Origin: Bacteroidota bacterium
GTDB taxonomy: Bacteria > Bacteroidota > Bacteroidia > Palsa-948
DNA length: 64,000 nt
Assembly: GCA_016195025.1 (NCBI GenBank)
Contig: JACQAL010000036.1
Span: forward strand, 19,411-83,410
Direction of reading: 5' to 3'
The notes under the pieces were generated by a model that saw only the letters and a program-made list of their open reading frames with translations, made no database searches and was not told the DNA's origin. How positions within the stretch are numbered: the stretch's first letter is position 1; each line of letters begins with the position of its first letter. This document shows, piece by piece, positions 27,401-37,219 of the stretch. Made by a program: the position numbers and the translations under genes.

Positions 27401-27666
27401 GTTACTGAATTGGATGAAAGCCCGTCCTTCCTCTGAAAAAGCTTATAGGAAATTCCGTTGTAGCGAATCAATCCGAGTTCGGTTCCAACCCATAAATTTC
27501 CGCTATGGTCTTGCGCGATTGCCTGGATTTTAATTTCTTTTTTTCCGGAAATAAGTTGATGAATGCGGATGGATTGCTGGGCGGAGAGATGCTGAAACAA
27601 GTTCAGCAGGCCTGAAAGAAAAAAAATGAACGCTGCGAAACGGAGAGTTCTGTTTATGCACCTCAT
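24484..27666 (-). CDS. Beta-propeller/YYY sensor fused to SpoIIE (PP2C) phosphatase
   Basis: Repeated D..G..W.GT..G blades; YRYKLDG...YPNLPNGEYTF; TM; VSGDFY, DCTGHGVPGA, SDGYGDQFGG, QIDDI. Confidence 0.93.
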   Translation of the reverse strand: MRCINRTLRFAAFIFFLSGLLNLFQHLSAQQSIRIHQLISGKKEIKIQAIAQDHSGNLWVGTELGLIRYNGISYKLFQRKDGLSSNSVTALLENSDSILWIGYADGKISLLRNEKFSSFTQKDSADKEKISCIVADSKKNVWIGTYGSGTYLFDGKNISHYNSKNGLSDDFVYSICEAKEGSIWLGTDGGITILEGGKKNYLTTKSGLPDNIVPIILKDRKGKIWIAMRDSGFCNYDLAEKKIIRPGIKGGWKFGPIYSMLVDYSGAVWIGAEAEGGLIAFTVRDNYYFRFPVSGHNAHSNQKVQVLFEDTEKNIWIGTEKGLTQYCRSRFEVFTMKDGLPSDSIRALMNDSKGNYWISTPKGLFTFHFDESGIPKSKLFFSDKKSDFRIVSLFEGKNGNVWVGTYGHGAYLLNPETGSTTIFSEAQGLASNNIMSICDDKDGNIWLATLGGGVSKISFTEENYRGKSAVKNFSEEDGIGSIYAYYAFRDSRNILWFGTDGGGITRYDGKFFSSFNTKAGGLKSDIVYSIIEDESGLIWFATQEGGIYSYNGRTFTNYGTENGIRDLSPDILSLGAGNDVVIAHDNGIDVLDGKNPKQARQYNFSEAGNDFSPNQNVFFRDKNGIVWMGTDNGIIRFRSSFDSLDYLAPKTQLTGLQVMLQLYPMNASPEFSYKQNQFVFEFMGTFLRAPEKVRYRYKLDGHNKEWSLPTENRMASYPNLPNGEYTFQVSASNAEGMWSEPVSYHFVIKPPFWKTVWFYLLCAIFLAAFFYVSMKLRVKALQRQNKILEEKVEQRTHEVVEQKKIIEEKNKDITSSIRYAKRIQDALLPAKKYMDEHMEDYFVLFKQKDIVSGDFYWANKKESKLFFAAIDCTGHGVPGAFVSLVAHGNIQRAIIMFQLRTPSEILDKLNEGVTDVLSRGGETQDIKDGMDISLCGLDRKNMKLEFSGANHPMLLIRNGELKEIRGDKQPIGQFISRKNFTNHELEIQKGDTIYLYSDGYGDQFGGKQGKKFKRSRLKELILSIHHKPMEQQKIILDETIEEWKGNLEQIDDILVMGVKV

Positions 27667-27688
27667 TTAGAAAATATAAAATAAAAAA

Positions 27689-28240
27689 TCAGGTTGACTT
27701 GAGAGCAATTTTCACAGTAACATTTACCACTTTGGCTATTGCGAGCGAATTCATTTTTGAAACTTTTATTCCATGGTCTTCAAGTGGAATGGAAAAACCG
27801 GAATCAACGGAAATCTGTCCTTCCTTCACCGTAATTTTTGCATCAATGATTCTTTCTTTTTCAACTCCGTGAAGCAGCAGCATTCCTTTTCCGCGAACGG
27901 TATAAGTTCCGGGAACTGCGAGGTTCACATCTTCAATTATTTTTCCTTTGAAAGAGGTTTCGGGATATTTGGGCGACTCTACAAATTTTTCGTTGAAATG
28001 TTTTTTCTGCTGGGCATTTATAAATCCCTGGAAAGAAGAAAGCGGAATCGAAAAAGAAAAAGTGCGCTTGCTCACGTCCACAGTTCCTTTCACATCAGTA
28101 GAAGCGCCTTTGATAGTTTCAAAATTTGCAGAAGAAACAAACGAAACGTTCGCAGTTTGAATGGCGAGCTCATCCGAACTATGCGGGCAGAAGGAAGTGC
28201 AGGCAAGGGCAATAAATATGGGTAAGAAAACTTTTTTCAT
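27689..28240 (-). CDS. YceI-family protein
   Basis: HFNEKFVESPKYP..F.G, LHGVEK. Confidence 0.88.
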   Translation of the reverse strand: MKKVFLPIFIALACTSFCPHSSDELAIQTANVSFVSSANFETIKGASTDVKGTVDVSKRTFSFSIPLSSFQGFINAQQKKHFNEKFVESPKYPETSFKGKIIEDVNLAVPGTYTVRGKGMLLLHGVEKERIIDAKITVKEGQISVDSGFSIPLEDHGIKVSKMNSLAIAKVVNVTVKIALKST

Positions 28241-28407
28241 TAGAAATTCCCGCTATGAAATCGGTTGGCTAAAGTAAAAAAAATACTGATAAGAATATAG
28301 CCAAATTCATTTCTTATAATAGGGTTTATGGAATTTTGATTTACCTTGCATCCATTCATTGTTCTTTGTTCAATGTTTATTGTCCAATGCTTAATAAAAA
28401 CAAAAAA

Positions 28408-31400
28408 ATGAAAAAAATTTTTCTCATCGCGGTTTTATTTTCTTCCCTTATTGTAACTGCTCTTGGATTTTATTTTAATCCTGCATCTCCTTTTCCAAAA
28501 CCAAAAGGGGTTTCACTTTTAATTTTTCCCAAAGGAAGCACCTATGAAAAGGAATGGAAGAAAGTGGATTCACTCACAAATAAAGGGCTGACAAAATCCG
28601 CGCTGGATGTAGTGGAAGGAATTTATGCAAAAGCAAAAACCGACAACAACGCTCCGCAGATTGTGAAGGCAATCATTCACCGCATAAAATTAGAATCTTA
28701 TATGGAAGAATATTCTGTGCAGAAATCGATTAACAAGCTGAATGAAGAAATAAAAGATTCCAAATATCCGCTCACGCCTGTTTTGCATTCCGTGCTGGCG
28801 GAAATGTACTGGCATTATTACCAGCAGAACCGCTGGAAATTTCAGAACAGAACGCAGACAGTGAATTTTAAAATGGACGACATCAATACCTGGGATTTGA
28901 AAACCATTGTTGATCAGACTATGAAACATTATCAATCATCGCTCAAAGATGTTGACTCGCTCAAGCGCACGCCTTTGAATATTTATGACGATGTAATTAT
29001 CAATGATGAAGTGAAAAATACGGATAAGCCCGCTACGACAAGAAAACTTCGCCCATCACTTTTTGATTTTCTCGCGCACCGCGCAGTTGATTTCTATATA
29101 AATGAAGAACCGGATATTATCAAGCCCGCTTTCAAGTTTGAACTTAATAGCGAAAGTTATTTCTGGAGTTACAATGATTTTGCAAAACTGAAAATCGAGA
29201 ACAAAGATTCTCTCTCGCTGAAATTTTATGGAATAAAATTATTGCAGGACTTAATTGCGTTTCACAGTAATGATGCGAATCCCGAAGCGCTGATTGATGT
29301 TGACTTAAAGAGATTGAAGTTTGTCAGAAGCAAGTCCATCATCGAGATAAAAGACAGTTTGTATTTGCAGGCGTTGGAAAATCTTGAAAAGAAATTTTTA
29401 TCGAATCAATCTTCAACAGAAATCTCCTATGAAATTGCGCAGGAGCATAACAATCGCGGAGCAAAATATAATCCGCTCATAGGTGATGATAACAAGTGGG
29501 AAAAGAAAATCGCTTTGCAGATTTGCGAAGACGCGATAAAAAGATTTCCGGAATCATTCGGAGCAAACAACTGCAAATATTTAGAGTCGCTCATCAAAAC
29601 AAAATCTGTTACGTTTAATGTGGAAGAAGGAAATCTTCCCGGCAAACCGTTCCGCGCAAGAGTTCAGTATAATAATCTAAGCAAAATTTATTTGCGAGTC
29701 ATAAAAGAAAGCGCAGACAGATTTTCTAAAGATGTAGAAAATCTTTATGGCGAAAAACTCATAGACAAATTTTTAAAACAAGAAACGGTGAAAGAATGGA
29801 GTTTGGATTTGCTTTCTGATGGCGACTATCAATCTCATTCCTCGGAAATAAAAATTGATTCGCTTCCGCTGGGGCATTATGTATTGCTCATCGGCTCTGA
29901 TAAAAGTTTTACTTACAACAAAAACGGAATTGCGTATGGAAATCTTTTCGTTACAAATCTCAGTTATGTTCAGCGCAGAACAGAAAATGGCGGTTATGAC
30001 TTCACGGTTTTTCATAGGGAAAACGGAAATCCGCTGAAAGGAGTGAACGCGCAGCTCTGGTACAACAAATATAATTACACGCTTCGCAGGTATGAATACC
30101 GCAAAGGAGATTCTTATTTAACGGATGAAAATGGGTTCTTTCATATTCCTGCTTCAAAGAATGATTCGTATGAAAATGATTTTGTGGAGTTCACTAATGG
30201 AAACGATAAATTGTATTCCGATAACGGAATTTATCTCTACCGCTATTATCCGCAGGAGAAAAAATTTTATCCTCATACCTATATGTTCACGGACCGAGCG
30301 ATTTATCGTCCGGGACAAACAATTTATTTCAAGGGAATCATGATTGAGAGCGATGGAGAAACCAATCGCATCCTTGCGAACAGAACGGAAAATGTAATTC
30401 TTTACGATGTGAACTACCAAGAAGTAGCAAAAGTTTTACTCACGACAAATGAATACGGAAGTTTCAACGGAACATTTGTGCTTCCGCAAAATTTACTCAA
30501 TGGACAAATGCATCTGGGAAATGCGTACGGCTACGCGTATGTTTCCGTGGAAGATTACAAGCGCCCCAAGTTTGAAGTGACCGCGCCTCCGATAAAAGGA
30601 GTTTACAAACTGAACGGAAATGTGGAAGTGAAAGGCAAAGCAGAATCGTATGCAGGTGCAAATATTTCAGGAGCAGAAGTGAAATACCGTGTTGTCCGCA
30701 ATGCAACGTTTCCTTATTACTGGTACTGGTGGAGAGGATATTATCCTTCGTCTCCGCAAATGGAAATCACAAATGGAATCACCACAACGAATGATACGGG
30801 AGGATTTGTCATCAACTTCAAAGCAATTCCTGATTTGAGTATTTCGAAAAATTATTCTCCGCTATATACGTACACAATTTATTCCGATGTCACTGACATC
30901 ACCGGAGAAACACACAGTAATGTAAATTCTGTTTCGGTTGGATACAACGCGATGAAGATGGATGTGAACATTGGCGGAAATGTTTCAAAAGACTCTGTGC
31001 CGAAGTTCAATATCAATACAACAAATCTTAATGGAGAATATGAGCAAGCAAAAGTAAAAGTGCAGATATGGAAACAGGTTGAACCGAATCGCCTGTTCAG
31101 AAAAAGATTATGGGAACAAGCCGACAAACACCTGATGACTAAAGACGAATACTATGCGAATTTCCCGAATGATGAATATGCTGACGAAAGCAATTCTTAC
31201 AAATGGGAAAAAGGCGCGCAGGTTTTCTCTTCTGAAATCGAAACCATAAAAGACAAGGATGAACTTTCACTCAGCACGATTGCAAACTGGCAAGCGGGTT
31301 CTTATGTAATGGAAGCCACCACAAAAGATAAATTCGGAGAAGAAGTGAAGGATGTGAAATACTTTACAGTGTATTCTTCAAACGGAAATATAGTTCCTGT

Positions 31401-34400
31401 AAATGATTATGACTGGTACTCCGCGTTGAAATCAGACGGAGAGCCCGGCACCAAAGCAACTTTCCTTATCGGGACAAAATCTTCCGACACAAAAGTTTTA
31501 TTCGAGATAGAACACAAGAATGAAATTGTGAAAAAAGAATGGCTTACATTGAACAATGAGCAAAAGAAAATTGAAATTCCCATAGAGGAAAAACATAGAG
31601 GGAATTTTGCATGTCATTTAATTTTTGTGAAGAATGGTCGCGCATATTCGCATGACCAAACCATCACTGTTCCATATACAAATAAAGAACTGGATTTGCA
31701 GTACGAAACTTTCCGCGATAAATTAATTCCCGGACAAAAAGAAGAATGGAAATTAAAAATCAAAAGCAAGAAAGGCGATAAGATTGCTTCCGAACTTCTC
31801 ATGGCAATGTACGATGCTTCGCTCGATGCTTTCCGCGCGAACAGCTGGGCGTTCAACATTTACAATACCTATTACGCGCAGCGCAGCTGGGAAATTTATC
31901 CAGTCGCAAAAAATAATACTTCGCAAATTTTTTCCAAGGACTGGAATATTTATCCTGCGCTTCTCTATAAATATTACGACCGGCTGAATTGGTTTGGCTA
32001 TTACAATTATGGTTACGGAAACTACAGGTATTATTATAAAGGAGGAGGTAGAAAAGATTATGATGGAGATTATGAAATGGATGAAGGTGTGGCCGGTGCG
32101 GCAGAAAAAATGCCCGCTGCAAAAGCAGATTCACAAACTGAGACAACTGTAAATGCCTATGGATTTCTTGGCGGAGTAAAAAAGGAAGCATCTAAAAATA
32201 AAGATAAAGCCGGTGAAGAAGTTGATTATTCAGTTCCTCTTATTGATGCCGATGCAAACACGGGCGGAACCGTTACAAGAGAACAATCAGGAAAATCTCA
32301 CGAATCACTCGCAAATATTTCAGCAAGAAAAAATCTGGCGGAGACTGCATTCTTCTTCCCAACGCTGATGACGGATGAGAACGGAAACGTAATTATCAAG
32401 TTCACCGTTCCCGAAGCGCTCACGAAATGGAAAGTGATGGGGCTCGCGCACACAAAAGATTTAAAATACGGGCAGATTGAAAAAGAAGTGGTGACGCAAA
32501 AAGAACTGATGGTGACTCCGCACGCTCCGCGTTTCTTCCGCGAGAATGATAAAATAACTTTTACCGCGAAAGTGGATAATCTTTCTTCTGCCGATATGAA
32601 CGGAACCGCGCAACTTTTTTTGTACGATGCAATCACGATGAAGCCGCTGAATATTTTTGTTGTCTCAGCAACTGATAATGTGAAAGGAGAAGCGACTTCT
32701 GTTACTTCCTTCACTGCGAAGAAAGGACAAAGCGCTCCGCTTGAATGGAATCTTTCAATTCCTGAAGGCGTTGGCGCAATCACTTATAAAGTGGTTGCGA
32801 AAGCAGGAAACTTTACCGATGGAGAAGAGAATGCAGTTCCTGTTTTGACAAACAGGATGCTGGTAACAGAATCTCTTCCGCTCCCGATTAGAAGCAAGCA
32901 AACAAAAACTTTTAAGTTCGAAAAATTTATTTCCCAGAACAATGGTTCAAGCACGTTGCGAAATCATAAACTCACTTTGGAATTTTCCGCAAATCCTGCA
33001 TGGTACGCGATGCAGTCGCTTCCTTATATAATGGAGTATCCGTATGAATGCGCGGAGCAAACTTTTTCAAGATTCTATGCAAACTCGATTGCTTCGCACA
33101 TTGCCAACTCTTCCCCGAAAATAAAATCTGTGTTTGATAGTTGGAAATCTTCTTCGCCCGATGCATTCTTATCCAACTTGCAAAAAAATCAGGAGTTAAA
33201 ATCTTTGATGCTCGAAGAAACTCCGTGGGTGCTCGATGCGAAAGATGAAAGCGAAAGGAAGAAAAGAGTCGGATTGCTTTTCGATTTAAATAAAATGTCG
33301 AACGAACTTGAATCTGCGCTGAACAAATTGCAGAAGATGCAGGCGAGCAATGGCGGCTGGCCATGGTTCGAAGGAATGCCCGATGACCGTTACATCACGC
33401 AGCATATCGTAACTGGAATGGGACATCTCGATCACCTCGGAGTAAAAAATATTCGCGAAGATTCTAAATCGTGGAATATGGTGAAGAATGCGGTGAGATA
33501 TCTGGATGACAGAATCCGCGAGGATTACGAATGGATTTTGAAACACGATAAAGAAAATATTGACAAAGACCATTTGAGTTACGAGCAGATTCAATATTTA
33601 TATGCGAGAAGTTATTTCAAAGATATTTCTATCGCGAATCATAATCAGAAAGCATTTGATTATTATAAAGGACAAGCGCAAAAATATTGGCTCGGCAAAG
33701 GAAGATACATGAACGGAATGATCGCACTCGGGCTTTTCCGCTATGGAGATAAAAAAAATCCTGCGGATATTATGAAATCGCTGAAAGAAAATTCTCTCAG
33801 CAGCGAAGAAATGGGAATGTACTGGAAAGAAAACTACGAAGGATTTTACTGGTACGAAGCGCCTATTGAATCACAAGCGTTATTGATAGAAGCATTTGAT
33901 GAAGTGGCGGGAGATAAAAAAGCAGTGGATGATTTAAAAGTTTGGCTGTTGAAATCAAAGCAAACGCAGAACTGGGAATCCACGAAAGCAACTACGGAAG
34001 CAGTTTACGCTTTGTTGTTGAGAGGAACCGACTGGCTCGCTACAGAATCCAATGTGGAAATTTCCCTCGGTGATATGAAGATCGATCCTAAAAATATGCC
34101 AGACGTAAAAGTAGAAGCAGGCACCGGCTATTTCAAAACATCGTGGAGCGGAAGCGACATAAAACCGCAGATGGGAAATATAACTGTGAGTAAAAAAGAC
34201 GAAGGCGTTTCCTGGGGCGCAGTGTACTGGCAATATTTTGAACAACTGGATAAAATCACTCCGCATAAAACTCCGCTTCAACTCGTGAAAAAACTTTTCA
34301 TAGAAAAAAATACTGCGTCAGGTCCCGTGATTGAGCCTGTAACTGAAAACACAAAACTTAAACCCGGAGATAAATTAAAAGTGAGAATTGAATTGCGTGT

Positions 34401-34695
34401 TGACCGAGACATGCAATATGTTCACATGAAAGATATGCGCGCTTCGGGATTCGAACCGACAAATGTTTTTTCGCAGTATAAATATCAGGATGGGCTTGGT
34501 TATTACGAAAGCACGCGCGATGCATCCACAAATTTTTTCTTCTCGCACCTGAACAAAGGAACTTATGTGTTTGAATATCCTTTAGTGGTTTCTCACAGCG
34601 GTGATTTTTCAAACGGCATTACAACCATACAGTGCATGTATGCTCCGGAATTTACCAGCCACAGTGAAGGAATACGAGTGAAAGTGGGGAAGTAA
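28408..34695 (+). CDS. Bacterial alpha-2-macroglobulin family protein
   Basis: FTDRAIYRPGQ (MG2), ETAFFFP, PYECAEQ thioester motif, MYAPEF; start taken at MKKIFL. Confidence 0.95.
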   Translation: MKKIFLIAVLFSSLIVTALGFYFNPASPFPKPKGVSLLIFPKGSTYEKEWKKVDSLTNKGLTKSALDVVEGIYAKAKTDNNAPQIVKAIIHRIKLESYMEEYSVQKSINKLNEEIKDSKYPLTPVLHSVLAEMYWHYYQQNRWKFQNRTQTVNFKMDDINTWDLKTIVDQTMKHYQSSLKDVDSLKRTPLNIYDDVIINDEVKNTDKPATTRKLRPSLFDFLAHRAVDFYINEEPDIIKPAFKFELNSESYFWSYNDFAKLKIENKDSLSLKFYGIKLLQDLIAFHSNDANPEALIDVDLKRLKFVRSKSIIEIKDSLYLQALENLEKKFLSNQSSTEISYEIAQEHNNRGAKYNPLIGDDNKWEKKIALQICEDAIKRFPESFGANNCKYLESLIKTKSVTFNVEEGNLPGKPFRARVQYNNLSKIYLRVIKESADRFSKDVENLYGEKLIDKFLKQETVKEWSLDLLSDGDYQSHSSEIKIDSLPLGHYVLLIGSDKSFTYNKNGIAYGNLFVTNLSYVQRRTENGGYDFTVFHRENGNPLKGVNAQLWYNKYNYTLRRYEYRKGDSYLTDENGFFHIPASKNDSYENDFVEFTNGNDKLYSDNGIYLYRYYPQEKKFYPHTYMFTDRAIYRPGQTIYFKGIMIESDGETNRILANRTENVILYDVNYQEVAKVLLTTNEYGSFNGTFVLPQNLLNGQMHLGNAYGYAYVSVEDYKRPKFEVTAPPIKGVYKLNGNVEVKGKAESYAGANISGAEVKYRVVRNATFPYYWYWWRGYYPSSPQMEITNGITTTNDTGGFVINFKAIPDLSISKNYSPLYTYTIYSDVTDITGETHSNVNSVSVGYNAMKMDVNIGGNVSKDSVPKFNINTTNLNGEYEQAKVKVQIWKQVEPNRLFRKRLWEQADKHLMTKDEYYANFPNDEYADESNSYKWEKGAQVFSSEIETIKDKDELSLSTIANWQAGSYVMEATTKDKFGEEVKDVKYFTVYSSNGNIVPVNDYDWYSALKSDGEPGTKATFLIGTKSSDTKVLFEIEHKNEIVKKEWLTLNNEQKKIEIPIEEKHRGNFACHLIFVKNGRAYSHDQTITVPYTNKELDLQYETFRDKLIPGQKEEWKLKIKSKKGDKIASELLMAMYDASLDAFRANSWAFNIYNTYYAQRSWEIYPVAKNNTSQIFSKDWNIYPALLYKYYDRLNWFGYYNYGYGNYRYYYKGGGRKDYDGDYEMDEGVAGAAEKMPAAKADSQTETTVNAYGFLGGVKKEASKNKDKAGEEVDYSVPLIDADANTGGTVTREQSGKSHESLANISARKNLAETAFFFPTLMTDENGNVIIKFTVPEALTKWKVMGLAHTKDLKYGQIEKEVVTQKELMVTPHAPRFFRENDKITFTAKVDNLSSADMNGTAQLFLYDAITMKPLNIFVVSATDNVKGEATSVTSFTAKKGQSAPLEWNLSIPEGVGAITYKVVAKAGNFTDGEENAVPVLTNRMLVTESLPLPIRSKQTKTFKFEKFISQNNGSSTLRNHKLTLEFSANPAWYAMQSLPYIMEYPYECAEQTFSRFYANSIASHIANSSPKIKSVFDSWKSSSPDAFLSNLQKNQELKSLMLEETPWVLDAKDESERKKRVGLLFDLNKMSNELESALNKLQKMQASNGGWPWFEGMPDDRYITQHIVTGMGHLDHLGVKNIREDSKSWNMVKNAVRYLDDRIREDYEWILKHDKENIDKDHLSYEQIQYLYARSYFKDISIANHNQKAFDYYKGQAQKYWLGKGRYMNGMIALGLFRYGDKKNPADIMKSLKENSLSSEEMGMYWKENYEGFYWYEAPIESQALLIEAFDEVAGDKKAVDDLKVWLLKSKQTQNWESTKATTEAVYALLLRGTDWLATESNVEISLGDMKIDPKNMPDVKVEAGTGYFKTSWSGSDIKPQMGNITVSKKDEGVSWGAVYWQYFEQLDKITPHKTPLQLVKKLFIEKNTASGPVIEPVTENTKLKPGDKLKVRIELRVDRDMQYVHMKDMRASGFEPTNVFSQYKYQDGLGYYESTRDASTNFFFSHLNKGTYVFEYPLVVSHSGDFSNGITTIQCMYAPEFTSHSEGIRVKVGK

Positions 34696-34788
34696 AAAAG
34701 TGATTTCATTTTTTCGCGCCAAAAAATAGTTTACAGGAAATTTTCCCAACATCTATCTTTTTCCTACTATTGTCTGCGCAAATTCATT

Positions 34789-36684
34789 ATGCCAAGGATT
34801 TACTTATTTCTGTTTTATTTTCTCTCTGAGTTATTTTGCTTTTCTCAAAATCAGAGCAGCGAAAAAGCAAAGTGGTTTATGTTCCGCAAATCTGATTCTG
34901 CCTTTTATTTTTCCGGGAAGGCAATGAAAGAAGCAAAAGATTCTTCCGATTTTTACTATGGAAAATTTTTATTCGGACAATGTATTTTCTGGCAAGGGCA
35001 TATTGACAGCAGCATTTCATATTACAATGCTGCAGAAAAATTTTTCATCCGAACAAAAGATTCTCTGCGCCTGATGGAAGTATGTGCTGAAACCGGAAAT
35101 GCGCTGAAGGTTAATTCACAATATGACAAATCGTATGATTGCCTGATGAAAGCGCTGAATATTGCACAGTCGGTTAATTCCCTGCGCTGGCAGACAATGC
35201 TCAATATTTATTTGGCAGAACATGCGCGCGCCATCGGCAACAAAGCAAATGCGCTGGTGTTTATTGACCGCGCATTTAATCTTGATAATATTAATCCGCT
35301 GAAAGATGATGACCTTGCCGAACTTTATCATCGCAAAGCCGCCATTGAACATGAGTTCGGCAATGCGGAAAATGCCGAAGCATATTCGCTGAAGAGTTTA
35401 AAAATTTCCGAAGCGCTCGGCAACCTTCATCAGCAGGCTACTTCTTATAATGAACTGGGATTTTACTATGGAAACCATCGTCCACAAGATGTTGTACAAT
35501 ATGAAAAGCCCTTGCAATATTATTACAAAGCGGAAAGTATTTGGGGAAAATTAAACTTCAAAAGATATTATACATGGGTTTGGAGAAACATTGCGCGCGA
35601 ACTTTGGAGCAACCACCGCTATGAAGAATCCACGCGCCTGCTGAAAAAAACGCTTTCTATTTCTGAAGAAAATCATTGGGATGAAGTTTCTTCGGATGTT
35701 TCTCAACAGTTAGCGGCAAATTTTGAATCACAGAAAAAGACCGACAGCGCTTTATACTATTATAAAAAACACAACGACTATTTTGCTTCCACGCAGGAAA
35801 AAATCAGAAGCAAAGGATTTGAAGACATTGTCATAAAATATGCCACTCAGCAAAAAGAAGAAATGCTCCGGAAGCAAGAGCGCGAAACTTCACTGGCAAA
35901 AATGGAAGCGGAAAAAACAGCGAGCCAGCGGAATTTTATTCTGCTGCTGCTTTTTATTCTTATCCTACTCTTTGTGGTAATTGCCTATTTAACATTATCG
36001 CTGCAAAAGAAAAATATTTTGCTCGGAGAAGGAAACAGGAAAATTGAATCTATCAACAAGCAATTGAAATCGGAACTGAACCAGAAAAATATTCTTCTTG
36101 CCGAACTTCACCACCGCGTAAAAAATAATCTGGCAATTCTTTCCGGGCTCATCAATCTTCAAAAGGAATCCGTGAAGGACGCAGCCGCAAGCGAAATTCT
36201 TCAGGACACGCAGAACCGAATCCGCACCATTGCCATTATTCACCAGGGATTGTACAGCATCAATGATTCTGAAAAAATTAATTTTGAAAAATATCTTCAG
36301 GAACTTTCTTCTTCCTTAATCAGCGCTTACAAAAAGCAAAAAGAAAAAATTGAATGCACAATAGATTTTCAAAACATTGCGGTTAATATCAATAAAGCCG
36401 TGCCGCTTGCGCTCATCATGAATGAACTTTTATCCAATTCGCTTAAGCATGCATTTAAAAATTCTCATGGCGGAAAAATGGGGATTACCGGAAGAATGGA
36501 AAATAAATTCCTGCATCTTTTTGTTTATGATAATGGTCCCGGCTTTTCTCCCGATTTCAATAATCTTTCTTCTTCATCACTGGGATTGCATCTGGTAAAA
36601 ATTCTTTCCGAGCAACTGGATGCAGAATATCATTATCATTCTCAAAAAGGGAAAAGCGAATTTAGTTTTTTAATTCCGCTTTAA
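34789..36684 (+). CDS. TPR-containing sensor histidine kinase (HisKA_2 type)
   Basis: ELHHRVKNNL, NELLSNSLKHAF, DNGPGF, SLGL. Confidence 0.92.
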   Translation: MPRIYLFLFYFLSELFCFSQNQSSEKAKWFMFRKSDSAFYFSGKAMKEAKDSSDFYYGKFLFGQCIFWQGHIDSSISYYNAAEKFFIRTKDSLRLMEVCAETGNALKVNSQYDKSYDCLMKALNIAQSVNSLRWQTMLNIYLAEHARAIGNKANALVFIDRAFNLDNINPLKDDDLAELYHRKAAIEHEFGNAENAEAYSLKSLKISEALGNLHQQATSYNELGFYYGNHRPQDVVQYEKPLQYYYKAESIWGKLNFKRYYTWVWRNIARELWSNHRYEESTRLLKKTLSISEENHWDEVSSDVSQQLAANFESQKKTDSALYYYKKHNDYFASTQEKIRSKGFEDIVIKYATQQKEEMLRKQERETSLAKMEAEKTASQRNFILLLLFILILLFVVIAYLTLSLQKKNILLGEGNRKIESINKQLKSELNQKNILLAELHHRVKNNLAILSGLINLQKESVKDAAASEILQDTQNRIRTIAIIHQGLYSINDSEKINFEKYLQELSSSLISAYKKQKEKIECTIDFQNIAVNINKAVPLALIMNELLSNSLKHAFKNSHGGKMGITGRMENKFLHLFVYDNGPGFSPDFNNLSSSSLGLHLVKILSEQLDAEYHYHSQKGKSEFSFLIPL

Positions 36685-36688
36685 TGCT

Positions 36689-37219
36689 TCATCCTACCAC
36701 GCTTCCTAATTGCATCAGCACGTTGGCAACTTTCAAACTTTGGGAATCAAGTGCGGATTTGTTAATGTCGAATTTCAATGCATCGTCTTCTTCCACCACA
36801 AAACTTATGGCAGCGCCTTTTTTTGCCAAGCCCTCGCGCTCGGCTACAATCAACACCGGTTTGCCTTTTGTTTTTTCGGCAATAAGTTTCAACATGGAAC
36901 TTTTTTGAGAAGGAATATAAATCAGGTTGCAGGAAGCAGCTTCTTCTGCCGATGAAATAATTTTCACAATAATTTTTTTCCCTTTTGCTTTTTTATTTTC
37001 AGACAGCACCTGCAATTCTTTTTGTATAGGGGAATCGCCCGCCACTCCGATTATAAATTCATTTTTTTCATCGGGCGGCCATTCGACATATTTAATAAAG
37101 TTGTACAGAAACAATGTGTACGCTTTATAATCTTTATCCTGAGAAAAAACTTTTTCACTTTTTCCTCCGATGAAAACAAAAAATCCAATTGCAAAAATAT
37201 AATTCACCGCTTGTTTCAT
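36689..37219 (-). CDS. YfiR (DUF4154) family protein
   Basis: KAYTLFLYNFIKYVEWP...GAAISF...FDIN. Confidence 0.9.
   Translation of the reverse strand: MKQAVNYIFAIGFFVFIGGKSEKVFSQDKDYKAYTLFLYNFIKYVEWPPDEKNEFIIGVAGDSPIQKELQVLSENKKAKGKKIIVKIISSAEEAASCNLIYIPSQKSSMLKLIAEKTKGKPVLIVAEREGLAKKGAAISFVVEEDDALKFDINKSALDSQSLKVANVLMQLGSVVG

Noticed and set aside
28408-34695. Giant 2100-aa ORF as toxin or novel system
   Set aside because: Typical bacterial alpha-2-macroglobulin with CxEQ thioester motif
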